Assembly (NCBI GenBank): GCA_025603075.1
Contig: MU626349.1
Location: forward strand, 1 to 64,000
Direction: 5' to 3'
Length of the DNA stretch: 64,000 nt
DNA from: Neoconidiobolus thromboides FSU 785
Lineage: Eukaryota; Fungi; Entomophthoromycota
A program made the position numbers and the translations under genes. The notes beneath the pieces were generated by a model that was not told the origin of the DNA, made no database searches, and saw only the letters and a program-made list of their open reading frames with translations. The number at the start of each line of letters is the position of its first letter. Position 1 is the first letter of the stretch. Shown here piece by piece: positions 40,141-51,802 of this stretch.

Positions 40141-40927
40141 CTATGAAGAATTATTAAATCTCTGAAAAAATTCAGTAAAAGCTACAGCCAATCTAGATTT
40201 AATGGCACCAAGGGAGTCAATAGCTGGGCGAACATCTAAAACAAACTCTGGGGCATCTTCATGTGGGTTTTCATCTCCTGCATAATAATCGATTACATAT
40301 CTAACTTCTTTACCACATCTATCTACAATCCAATCATGTCTATCAAATGGTTTTGGAGCACTAAAAAAATTAGCTACTATATTTTATAAGTAAGCATAGT
40401 AAGTACCCAAAGAAAGTGGTATAAAACCAAGCTTTTGGTGACATTTCTTTCGGTCTACCACTAAACCTTAATAGCTTAGGATCTGAACAGTCACTAAAAA
40501 ATGCCACATAAAAATATTATAATCAATAAGTAAATTAGTGTTACCAGTTACTTAGTTTCTCCCATTTCAACACTTCATTCCAAGCCCCTTCGTTTAAAAA
40601 GTTATGTATATCAACCATAGTATCAATATGTTCAACTGGAGTTTCCATACCCTTTCTTAATAAAGCGTTATAAAATTGTTGTGGTGAAGGGTATTCCCAA
40701 CGATTGATGTTTCCATTATTTCCTTCTACACTCATTGGGATACTTGATATTTCTCTCTCTGTTGATAATTTTTCTTCATTTTCATTGAGTCTTCTATTAG
40801 GTAAATAAGGCATATTATTAGCAGGGTTCATTCCTAATTCGGCTTTTGACATGGGGCATTTTGATGCATCTACATTTTTAGTTTCTTCCTTTTTATGCAT
40901 TGGACAGGCTGGTGGTGGTGTACTCAT
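40141..40927 (-). CDS. Holocytochrome c-type synthase (cytochrome c/c1 heme lyase; CYC3/CYT2/HCCS family)
   Basis: Two CPM heme-binding motifs, [66 protein letters not shown]. Confidence 0.93.
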
Positions 40928-41223
40928 CTTTATTCTTTTATATCTAAATTTTTTGATTTCTTGATCAAAGATAAGATCAAACTCAAATTTATTTTCACTA
41001 TTTAAACCAACCATTTTAATGCTCAGCTGTGATGCATCCAATTATCTACTGCCGTTTTGATATTAATTCTTAAGTCATAAATTTAGAAAACAAGAGTTCC
41101 CTATTTTTCGAAGCATATTCAAGTATCCAATGAAATCGATTGTAATTTGTCCACCTATTTTTTCCCCAGCAATAAACTTTAGAACTAAATTACTTGAGTT
41201 ATCTTTTTAATATTTATTAAAAA

Positions 41224-41870
41224 ATGGTAAATTTAGTTATACATAACCTTCGATTTAAACCTAATATAAACGAATAGGCCAATTTAAGCGAAGAACATAT
41301 AGGAGGTAAATTAAAAAGAGAGGATTAAAAAGTTAAGAAGCTAATTCAATTGTAGAAATCCGCGAAGCCTTTTCATTATTTGATAAAACAGGAAATGGGA
41401 CCATTTCCACCTCTTCAGTAGGAGAACTTTTACGTGCTTTATGCCAAAATCCAACCGAATCTGAGCTTAGAGAAATTATTACTGGTTTACCAGATAACAG
41501 TGGTATGGTTGATTTTGAAACATTTTTAACTATTTTACAAAGACCTGGTGGTTTTAAACCGGCTGGTGAAGTCGAAGACTTTGTTCAAGCTTTTCAAGTG
41601 TTTGATAAAGATCGTACCGGTTTTATTTCTGTTGGTGAGCTTAGATATGGTAATAGAGTTTCTTTTTTTGGAATATTTTAGCTTATGTTTTTTAGTTCTT
41701 ACTTCATTGGGTGATAAACTTACCGACGCTGAAGTTGATGAACTTCTAAAGGGCGTAGAGGTTACAAAAGAAGGTCATATTAACTATGAAGGTAGTTTTC
41801 TCATCAATGTTTTTTATTTTTATTTTAATGCAAATTTTTAGATTTTGTTAAAATGCTTCTTAATTCTTAA
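41224..41870 (+). CDS. MLC1: Myosin essential light chain (Mlc1/Cdc4-like EF-hand); the first exon is the ATG only
   Basis: [63 protein letters not shown]. Confidence 0.9.
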
Positions 41871-42418
41871 ATTAATAAAACAGTATTTTTAACCTTTTGA
41901 GTATATACTAATTCTATTCGTGTATATTGACATTAATTTTTATTCAAAATCAATATGTTCCTTTTTCAAATAGTCCAAAATTAATGGATGGTAATTATTT
42001 ATCGGACTATTAATTGTTTATTTAAAAAACATTTTTGATTATATTAAATACATGAACTGTAATTCGGATTTAATTATATTGTACATTTATTAAATAAATT
42101 TTCAAATAGTTTGTTATTCTAGTTCTAATTCTTATTTTTGATAATCATGCTGAATAATTATCTATATTTCATAATATTATATATTAGTTCTTATTTGATT
42201 TATTGATTTCATATAATAAAGCAAATCTGTTATTTGACTCCACAATTGAACATAACCTCAACCTGATCTAATCTATAATAGTCACAAGATTTACGTAAAT
42301 ACTATTGATTGGTTTATTAAACAATTAACTTAAAATAATTAACAAGATTTTAAAAATTATAAAAACAATTGATTTCAACTGTTCTGTTACTTCAAATAAA
42401 GTATTCATTTAAAAGAAA

Positions 42419-43919
42419 ATGGGAACTCGAACAAAGTTTAGGGGATTAAGTAGCTTTGATGCTTATGCTAAAACATTAGATGATTTTCGTATAAAGACAA
42501 GTACTGGTGGTACAGGTAAGTGATTATTAGTTTAAAATAAAAATAAAAAGTTAAAATACTAATCAATATCTCCAGTTACTTTATTATCCTTTGGTATTAT
42601 TGTGCTTTTATCATTATATGAGTTTATTGACTATAATACACTTACTTGGAAATGGGAGTTATCTGTAGATAAATCTCGTACAAAAACATTACCCATTCAT
42701 TTTAATATTACTTTTCCAAGGGTACCTTGTTATTGTAAGTGAATAGGCTATTATTTATATTATACTAATATCTATTTTTTATAGTATTATCATTAGACTC
42801 CGTTCAAGCGAATGGGGAATATCAAACCAATCTTGAATCGAATATTTATAAAGTACGTTTAGATAAGGAGGGTAAAGAAGTAGACAAAGAAGCTTTTGGT
42901 AATTTTTTAAATTTGTTCCTTTTTTTCTTTGGAATATTAAATTTATGTAAAAAGATATCAACTCAGATAAATCAAATTCAGATGTACAAAAGGATGCAGT
43001 TACTAAAAAAAGAGGCCCCGATTATTGTGGTTCTTGTTATGGAGCTGGTAGTGAAAAACAGTGCTGTAATACATGTGATGAGATTAAATCCGCTTATACT
43101 AAAAAAGGATGGGAAATGACTAAATTTGAAGATTTTGAGCAAGTAAGTTGTATAAAATTTCAATTTTAATCAAAATCTAATTTAATGATTAATTTTATTT
43201 AAGTGTGTATTTGAAGGCATTACATCTAAAATGAAACAACAACAAGGGGAAGGATGTAATATTCATGGAGAACTTAAAGTTAAAAAAATACCAGGTATAT
43301 TTCATATTGCCTTAGGAGAATCTTTTAATTTTATGGGTATGCATATGCACAGTACATATGGTTCTTCAGCTTATGATTATTCACATACTATTAATCAATT
43401 ATCTTTTGGTGAATTGATTAATGATGTTAAAAATCCATTGGATGGGGAAGTTAACAAAAGAGAAATTGGTAAGAAAAACTTATATAAAATAATTTTATTT
43501 ATTTACCTAAACATTTAAAAGGTCCAATAAAATTTCAATACTTTTTAAATGTAGTAGCTACTCATTTAAATTATTACGATGGAAGAAAAATTGAAACAAA
43601 TCAATATTCAGTAACACAACATGAAGAAGATATGAGTGGAGAAGATACTGCTGGAATACCTGGTAATTTTTGATATGTTAATACATTAAAAAGATAGAAA
43701 AAGAATATTAATTGAATTAATTTAGGTGTATTTTTTAAATTTGAAATTTCTCCTATGTTAGTAAGTGCTTATGAGACCAAAAAAACATTTACTTCATTTC
43801 TTACTTCTTTATGTGCTATTGTGGGTGGTATTTTAACTATTGCTGGTATTATTGATTCTGCTCTTTACAATGCTCAACGTTCAATGCAAAAGAAAATGGA
43901 ATTAGGGAAAGCTTCTTAA
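42419..43919 (+). CDS. ERV46: ER-Golgi vesicle protein ERV46/ERGIC3
   Basis: FDAYAKTLDDFRIKTSTGG, YCGSCYG, CCNTCDEI, EGCNIHG, GVFFKFEISPM, FLTSLCAIVGG, KKMELGKAS* (KKxx-like tail). Confidence 0.93.
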
Positions 43920-44297
43920 TTATAACAATAAAGTCATTTAGTAATATTTTAAGTTATTGTTATAAGTTATTAAATTAGACATGATTATTGAATTTATTAT
44001 CTATTATTATTATTTTCATTATTTTTTATCATTTTTTATATTATAATATCATTATCATAATAAAATAACGTTTAGCATTAATGATAGTATGCAAAATAAA
44101 AAAGATTTATATTAAATTATAAAACATAATTTAATAAGTTTAATATATTAAAATAGCAACTTTTTTAGAATTTTGTGTATTTACTTAAATTCAAAATATA
44201 TCAAATAAAATAATTATAAAAGGTATATTAATCTTAGCTTCATTTTAATATATCCTATCTACCCAATTTTTATTTTATAAATTCTCATCTCACACTA

Positions 44298-45795
44298 TTA
44301 AGAAGATTCAGTAACTGCATTTGTTTCAGTTTGTTCATTCAAAGTACGTTGATTTAAAGTGGAATTGATATTACTAGTTGCATTATTCACAGTTTTAATC
44401 ACATGCTCTAAAGAAACTTTCCAATTACTCAATTCTAAAAGTAACTTATTCCAATGATCTTGTTCAAATTGACGATAAGTAGAACGAGTAATAGTTACAC
44501 TAGCTTCTAATTGATTCAGTTTAGCTTCAATTAATCCTGCACGAATAACATCAATTATATAAATTTCAATTTCAGTTTCATATCCTTCTAATTTTTCAAT
44601 AAACATACAATCAGCCAATTTGGAATAAGCAATAGGTTGACCTAAATGTTGAGTTCCTAAAGAAGCTACAGTAAGTACTCTAATTTTGTTCAATAAACTA
44701 TCTTGATCTAATTGATGAGTGGAAACTAAATCTTGATGATTGGAGATAAATTCTTTATAACTAGCCACGTCTTTAGATAAAAAAATTTCAGCTAATTGAT
44801 ATAATGGACTTCCATTCAATTTTTTGATGGGTTGAGATAATAATAAGGATTCAAAGTTTAATACTTCAGGTATTTGTAAAGCTTCAACTATTCCAAGTTC
44901 TCCAATTTTTAATATTTCTTCAGTTACTTCAGTTTCGGTTTCAAAAGTATATAAGTAACATAATAAAAATTCAAATGCTTCTTTTCTATTTTTTAAAAAT
45001 CGAAATAAATAAATTATCGAAATAGTAAATAAATCTCTTACCTATAATCAAAATCCTTAAGAGTGTTTGAAAGTAACAAATAAAAAGCCCTAGAACGGGT
45101 AGCATCAATACCCCATTGATGGACCCAAGTTTTAATACTTGATAAAGAAGGTGTCAAACTTTTAACAATTTTGTGTTTTGCTGATAATTTAATTATTCCT
45201 TCAAAAGCAGTACAACGCAAAGTATTGTTCTTTTCGATGGAATTGTAAAGGATTTCTAACCTATTTAGAAATAAAAGTTTAGTTTTTTTTTAAGCATTTG
45301 TATAACGAATCTATCTACTTACATGGCTAATTTAGAATACCCATTCTCATGAGAAGATTCAATTAATGAGTTAACTACATTTTGAATTAATTCAGCTAAT
45401 ATACTATTATCTGCTAACTTAATTTGTGATAATAATAAATTGAAAGCAGCTACAATATCTAATAACAATAATAAAAAAAGTTAAATAATAATAATAATAT
45501 CCTTACTATGAGATTCTACATTTAATAAAGTAGCGGTTTCGAAAGCAAATTTTGTATAAATTTCAGACCAATTTTCACTTGAAATTAAACTTTTTGTAGT
45601 GGAAGTTAAGCTAATTTCACTATCTTCAGTTACTTCTTTAAGTTGGTCAATAAGTGTGGCAAACTCTAAAGCCTATAAAAATAGGTTAATAAAAGGGTAA
45701 TGACGAGGGTTGGTAGTAGGACGTATATTGAAAGGCAATTATAATACCTGATCTTCTTTTGTTCCTTCTACAAATACAGTATTTAATGGATCCAT
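44298..45795 (-). CDS. EIF3M: Eukaryotic translation initiation factor 3 subunit M (PCI domain)
   Basis: MDPLNTVFVEG...ALEFA; KIRVLTVASLG; IIDVIRAGLIEAKLNQ; STYRQFEQDHW...WK. Confidence 0.88.
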
Positions 45796-46150
45796 TTTTT
45801 AACTTTTTTTTTGAATTATAAAATCAAAGTTATTTTTTTTGTTAGATTAATTTTTTTGTTAAATTAATATTATTGATAGAAATCCAAAGGAGAATTTTAT
45901 GGGATTCTTGTTAATTTAGGAACTTGAAATTTTGTTAATTATAAACTGTCATTTATTATAATCGTTAAAGTTGTTTTAGTAAATAATAATAAAAAGGATA
46001 TCAAATTAATCTTTGTTTTATATTTGTTGTTTAAAGTTTATAAATTGGTCATTCATTTCAGCTTTGAAAAATCAAACAGAGTTCTATCTAAAGTATTAAT
46101 TTAAAACAATCACAATGATATTAAACTAACTATTAATTAGTAATAGAATC

Positions 46151-46808
46151 ATGGACTTAAATCCAGGTAAAAGAATCAATAGAACCGGTTCAAGTCATTT
46201 ATTAACTAACAATTCAGCTATAATTTTAAAAAGATATAAAAAGCAGGACCAACCAAAGTTAATAAGAGCATATACTATTAATGATGAATCAAGGTAAAAA
46301 TTAAAATTACTAAATTATCAAATTTAAATGACAATTTCAATAAATTAAGATATTTACTGATAACTAATGTACCAAAACTTGGAGTTGTTGAAGAACTATT
46401 AGAATTATTACAACAATATGGTAATATTATTGAGTAAGTTTTAATATTAATTGTACTTTAATTAACAATAATAGATTAATAATTATAATGAATACTAATC
46501 AAATTACTCCCAGTTGGTGTCAACTAACTCTCCCCGATATGGAACCTTTTACTGAAATGTTTTGGTTCAAATATGAAACTTTTGAACAAGCTAGGTAAAT
46601 TACTTATTTTATAGAGTTCATAACTTATTGTATATTAATGATGGTGATTATTAGATTAGCTAAAAATAAGTTAGATGATGCTATATTTTATAGTCAGCCA
46701 TTGTGGGTTAGTTATGCGCCACAATATGAAACAATAGAAGACACAAAGTTAAAATTATTAGATAGAATGGAAATGGTCAAAAGGAAAATAAAAGGAAACA
46801 TAGACTAA
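46151..46808 (+). CDS. RBM48: RBM48-like RRM protein (minor spliceosome factor), 4 exons; absent from the ORF track
   Basis: RAYTINDESRYLLITNVPKLGVVEELL...YGNI...EPFTEMFWFKYETFEQARLAKNKLDDAIFYSQPLWVSYAPQYETIEDTKLKL matches the RBM48 signature (YTIN.ES.YLL..VP; AR.AK.K.D...F....L.V.YAPE.ET...T..KL). Confidence 0.88.
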
Positions 46809-47231
46809 GATCATGGTGTATTTATGTAGTTAAATAATAAAGTATTAATATATGTTAATTAAAGTGATTTCATATCTTATATTATAAGTTTTGTTAAAAA
46901 TATTTGACAGTCCCATTTAGTCTAATAATATTTTAAAAATATAAAGTATAAGATAAAAATTAAAAATGAATAAATAAATAAAACTCAAATAAATTATTTT
47001 ACAATTAAATATACTTTACTTCATTTAATTATTCATCTCAATAATTATATTCAGTATTAATCAATGAAAAATAAACACATATACCATTTCTTTCACTCTC
47101 TCATTAAATAAGTTTCATTAATAAATTAGGTTTAATTTTTATCCTCTTTACTTAATCCTAATACTTGATGAATTCTCTAGAATAGAAGATAGAATTAATA
47201 TCTAATATTAATAAATCTAATAAATCTAATA

Positions 47232-48292
47232 TTATTTTACCTTCCAGTCCTTTCCTTTATTTATATTATTAAATTCCAATTCAATACTAAAATTTGAAAA
47301 TGGATTTTGTTTATACATTGGTAATGTTTCCGTTAATGTACTAATTAATGTCTTTTGTAAATAAAGGTCTCTTAAAGTAGGTAAGTTTTCATAATTCAGT
47401 CTTAACAATTTGGATGTTTTCTGATGTTCCGCTTTAATAATGAGAAATTCAGTTATAATTGTTTGAATTAATTCGGAGATTGGTGAATCTAATATAAGAT
47501 TAAGAATGAATTTTAAAGTGTATTAATAATCGTTAATAAAATAATATTGAAATTACCTGAGTTCTTTGAAAATTCCAAATAAATTTGATTAACTGCTGAA
47601 GCATAATAAGTTACTAAAGTTACATATTGATCAATATGATGTTGAATAATCTTTAGTTTAATATTTTTTAATTTAGCCTAATGATAGAGTTTAATTTGTA
47701 TTATTTTTTGGCTATTCTTATTATTATTATTTACCTCAACTAATTTTTTCTTTTCTTCTTCTATTTCTTTTATTAAATTTTCTTCATCTTCAGCAGTCAA
47801 ATTGAAATCCAAACCCTAAAGTAATAGATAATATTAGTTAAAGTAAAAACTAATAATAGTAAAAGTAGTTAAAATTACATTGTAATGAAGCAAAGAAATA
47901 GGCTCATCTTTAGTAAAGTTAAATACAGTATCGATACAATACAATTCAAATACATCAAAAGTGGTATCAACTGCTCCTTCTAATAGTGTATCAATTTGAT
48001 TCATAGACTAAAAATAATGAATGGTATTTAATATTACTTGTTTTACTTCTCTTTTATTATTATTTTATTAAGTTTATTTTACCTCTTCAATATCTTTTGG
48101 ATTTAACATAGTATCATATAATATGTTTTCAAATTTACTTAAGCATAAATACATTTTATCATTAACAGAATTAATCACTTCATCAACAAAATGTAATGGT
48201 ACAAACTCAAAAAACTCAGTTATTAATTGAGCTTTACGTTTGAGTAATTGCTCTGTTTGTATATGTTTAATTGACGTAGTTACTGGATTCAT
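47232..48292 (-). CDS. MIS12: Kinetochore protein Mis12/Mtw1 (multi-exon; exact 3' end uncertain)
   Basis: LITEFFEFVPLHFVDEVINSVND.MY...IDTLLEGAVDTTFDVFELYC..TVF. Confidence 0.8.
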
Positions 48293-48544
48293 TTATGAAA
48301 TCTTTTGTCTTTATAAACTGATAAAACAGAATAAAACTTTAAAGTGTTGAATTAAAAAATCAAAATGAACAAAAAACATTTTTAAAAAAATTTAAAAGTT
48401 TTTATTAAATTTGTTTTTTTTTAAAACTTATACACTAATAATTAAATTATTTTAAACCAGAAAATAAAATTAAACTTATTAAATTAAATATTTTCTTTTT
48501 TATCCAAATCTTATCGCATTTTATCTTTTGTCCCTGTTATACCC

Positions 48545-49459
48545 TTATATCGCTGTTAATCCATGGACTAACAATACGATTGCCACAGTAATTACAACTG
48601 TAACAAAACAAGCCAGTACTCTATTATATCCTCTCCATTGTAATTCATTTCTATCCCCAGGTTGAATTTTATAAAAAGAACCTACATAAAATAATGGAAA
48701 AAACAAAACTCCTCCACAAAACATTTTAGCACCAAAAGGAATATTAGCTAACTGACCAATTTTTTCTTTAATACTAACATCTTGCTTCATATAGTTATTC
48801 ATTTGATGGTTCTTATCATTGACATTAGTAACATCAGGATAATAAAAACCTTCTTCAACTAATACTCTTTTCTTTGGTATTTGTTGTATTTTTAATGAAG
48901 TATCTGTATCAAAATAAATACTGTTTTCTCTATTTAATTTTTCATCTTTCTTAAGTTTCAACTTATTTGGCTTTCTTAAAAACCCTTGACTAACTTTTTC
49001 TCGAATATCTTTAGGTTTAAAAGGGACTGGAGATACCATAGATAAATTAATAAATTGATCAATAGCAACATTAATATTAGTATTATATTCATCCGTAGAT
49101 AATAAGCTTAAATTACTACTATGTTGACTAAAATCAGAAATAGAAGTATGAATCGAATTACTAAAACTATTTTTATGATTTAATATACGTTCTTCTTTGT
49201 TAATATCCAAGAATTTATTGATAATAGTGGAACTACTGCGTATGGGTAAGGTTTGTGAGACGGATGGATTTGGCGGTAACGTTTCAATTATATAATTGGG
49301 CATATTGTTTCTACTATTACTGTTTTGTGTTATCGTATAGAATGGTTGAGATTGTAATGGATGAGTAGTTAAAGGTAAAGGTCTTTCATTTAAAGTATCA
49401 TTGGAAGTTAATTCCGAATTAGTTGAATTCATATTTGGAGTAATCGTATCTACATCCAT
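48545..49459 (-). CDS. Intronless hypothetical membrane protein (disordered N-terminus, two C-terminal TM segments)
   Basis: 304-aa ORF ending MFCGGVLFFPLFYVGSF...WRGYNRVLACFVTVVITVAIVLLV. Confidence 0.75.
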   Translation of the reverse strand: MDVDTITPNMNSTNSELTSNDTLNERPLPLTTHPLQSQPFYTITQNSNSRNNMPNYIIETLPPNPSVSQTLPIRSSSTIINKFLDINKEERILNHKNSFSNSIHTSISDFSQHSSNLSLLSTDEYNTNINVAIDQFINLSMVSPVPFKPKDIREKVSQGFLRKPNKLKLKKDEKLNRENSIYFDTDTSLKIQQIPKKRVLVEEGFYYPDVTNVNDKNHQMNNYMKQDVSIKEKIGQLANIPFGAKMFCGGVLFFPLFYVGSFYKIQPGDRNELQWRGYNRVLACFVTVVITVAIVLLVHGLTAI

Positions 49460-50226
49460 ATATATAAAAACAGAATCGTATTAATTAATTAAAAATTTGA
49501 ATAATAAAGAAATAAAGATTGTAAGTTTTGTTATGTTTTTGTAATTGAATTTTTTAATAAGGTTAAAATTCAATTTGAAATTATTTTGTTAACTACTCAA
49601 TTCTCTTTTTTGAAATTTTCCGATTAGAGAGTTGAGATTTAAAGACATTCAAATTTTATTGGCTACCTTGAATTTTATTCTTTAATTTAATTTGTTATTT
49701 AATAAAAGTTGGTTTCAAGGGCAATTTTAATTTCAATGGAACTATTAAGCGGGTGGTAAACTTCTATTTTAAGTTGAATAGAAAGTTTATTAAAAATCTA
49801 GTTAATAAAACTAACTATTTAACTAGTATTTTATTAAATATATAAAATGATATTTTTATTAAACTAAATATAAATTGTGGTTTTCTTAATATTTTATATT
49901 ATTTTTTTATTTAGTAATATAGTAGTCATCTTTAGTTAATATAATTATGAAAATAGAGACAATTAATTGTTTTTTAAATAGATAAGGGTACACTAAGGGA
50001 TGATTCTATTGAACCAATAGAAGTCCTTATATTTTTATTTGTTATTCTTATTTTCTTAATAAATTTAAAGTCAATAGAAATGGTTCACTAGAAACTTTAA
50101 AAATCATTTGCCAAATAAATTCCAGTAATTAGAATTATAACTTTGAATGATTGGTTGAATAACAAATATATTAATATAAATATCAATTATTAAATTCAAT
50201 ATAAAATCAAATAAAGATTGAGTTTT

Positions 50227-51012
50227 ATGTTTAAGATGAGTAAAACTAAAGAATCTAATCCGAGTATCCATGCTATGTGTGGGGGTGTGGCTGGATTAAT
50301 ATCAAGGTAAATAGAATTATACTTATAAAAATGAAAATAAAATAATTAGTTTTTCTATTTCTATTTCTATTTCCATTTTTTAATTTTTATCATTTCCCTT
50401 TATCTAATAGGTTTGTTATCTCACCTTTAGATGTAATAAAAATACGATTACAAGTAAACTAGTTATATTTATAAATTAACTAGAAGTTTATAACAAAGCA
50501 ACTCAATTAGGTACAAAGATCTCAATCGAAACTATGGGATACTGAAAAAATAAAATTAAAACCAATAAAATATAAAGGTATTATAGGTACATTCCAAACG
50601 ATTTATAAAGAAGAAGGAATTAGAGTAAGTAAATTTAAAAAATATCCTCTTTTTTTATAATAATAATAATAATCTTTAGGCCTTTTGGAAAGGTAATTGG
50701 AGTGCATCTTACTTATATGTATTTTATGGAGCTTCCCAATTTTTCTTTTATAATAAAATAGAAACTTCAATCAATAAAGTAAGTATTATATTATCATATT
50801 ATTATATTATTATTATATTATATTTAATAATTATATGATTAATTAATTAATTCTAATCATTTATCATTTAGTTATCAATACATGATAAAAACTTAACTTA
50901 TTTTCTATCTGGTTCTTCTGCTGGTTTTTTAGCAACTTTTTTAACGTATCCATTTGATTTACTAAGAACACGATTTGCTTTACAAGTTAAAGAATCTAAT
51001 AATGTAAGCTGA

Positions 51013-51055
<43 letters not shown>

Positions 51056-51681
51056 TAAAAATAATATTTACTAATATAATAATAATATACAAATAGAATT
51101 ATAAAAGTATCTATCACGCTATAAAAAAGATCTATAAATTAGAAGGCATTAAGGGTTATTATCATGGTTTAAATCCAGCTTTACTACAAATTTTTCCGTA
51201 TATGGGGTTAATGTTTTTTACTTATGAAGTATCTAATCAAAAATTAAAAGAAACAATCGTAAGTAAATAATTGTTCTATTAATATACTTTAACTTATTAA
51301 TTGATCCTCTTTTGTAGCCCAAAGATTCTATATTTTATAATTCCAGTCATAGTATAGCTGGTTCCATAGCTGGTTTTATATCAAAAATAATTGTATTTCC
51401 AATGGATGTTTTAAGGAAGAGATTACAAGTAAGTTTAAAAAAATAGCGTTATTAATGTTATTCTTATTAATGTTTTTTTTTTCTTTTTTTAGGTAGTAAT
51501 CTCAACAAAAACAAATCCAACAAATACACCAAGGAAATTAAGTAAATTAATTAAAAATATGTTACGACATGAAGGTATTACTGCTTTTTATAAAGGTTTA
51601 TTACCAGGTTTATTAAAATCAATACCTACCTCGGCAGTAACTTTTGGAGTTTATGGTTTATGCTTAAAATGTTTAGAATAA
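50227..51681 (+). CDS. TPC1: Mitochondrial carrier, thiamine pyrophosphate carrier-like (SLC25A19), multi-exon
   Basis: GGVAGLISRFVISPLDVIKIRLQ, AFWKGN...Y..YGASQF, TYPFDLLRTRFA, FPMDVLRKRLQ: three PX[D/E]XX[K/R] carrier motifs. Confidence 0.85.
51013..51051 (+). repeat. (AAT)13 microsatellite in a TPC1 intron
   Basis: Perfect trinucleotide run. Confidence 0.95.
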
Positions 51682-51758
51682 AATAATATAATAATATAAT
51701 AATATAATAATATAATAATATAATAATATAATAATATAATAATATAATAATATAATAA
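51682..51758 (+). repeat. (AATAATAT)9+ tandem repeat starting directly after the TPC1 stop codon
   Basis: Nine perfect 8-bp units plus a partial unit. Confidence 0.95.
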
Positions 51759-51802
51759 ACAAAGTAATATTTAAAATTCCATTAACAATTTATTTACTTT
51801 TA

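Noticed and set aside
40928-41041. N-terminal extension of the heme lyase ORF in the ORF track
   Set aside because: It starts at a non-ATG codon; the ATG at 40927 directly precedes the CPM motifs and gives a typical protein.
50898-51092. 64-aa poly-Leu ORF
   Set aside because: It is the antisense reading of the (AAT)13 intronic microsatellite.
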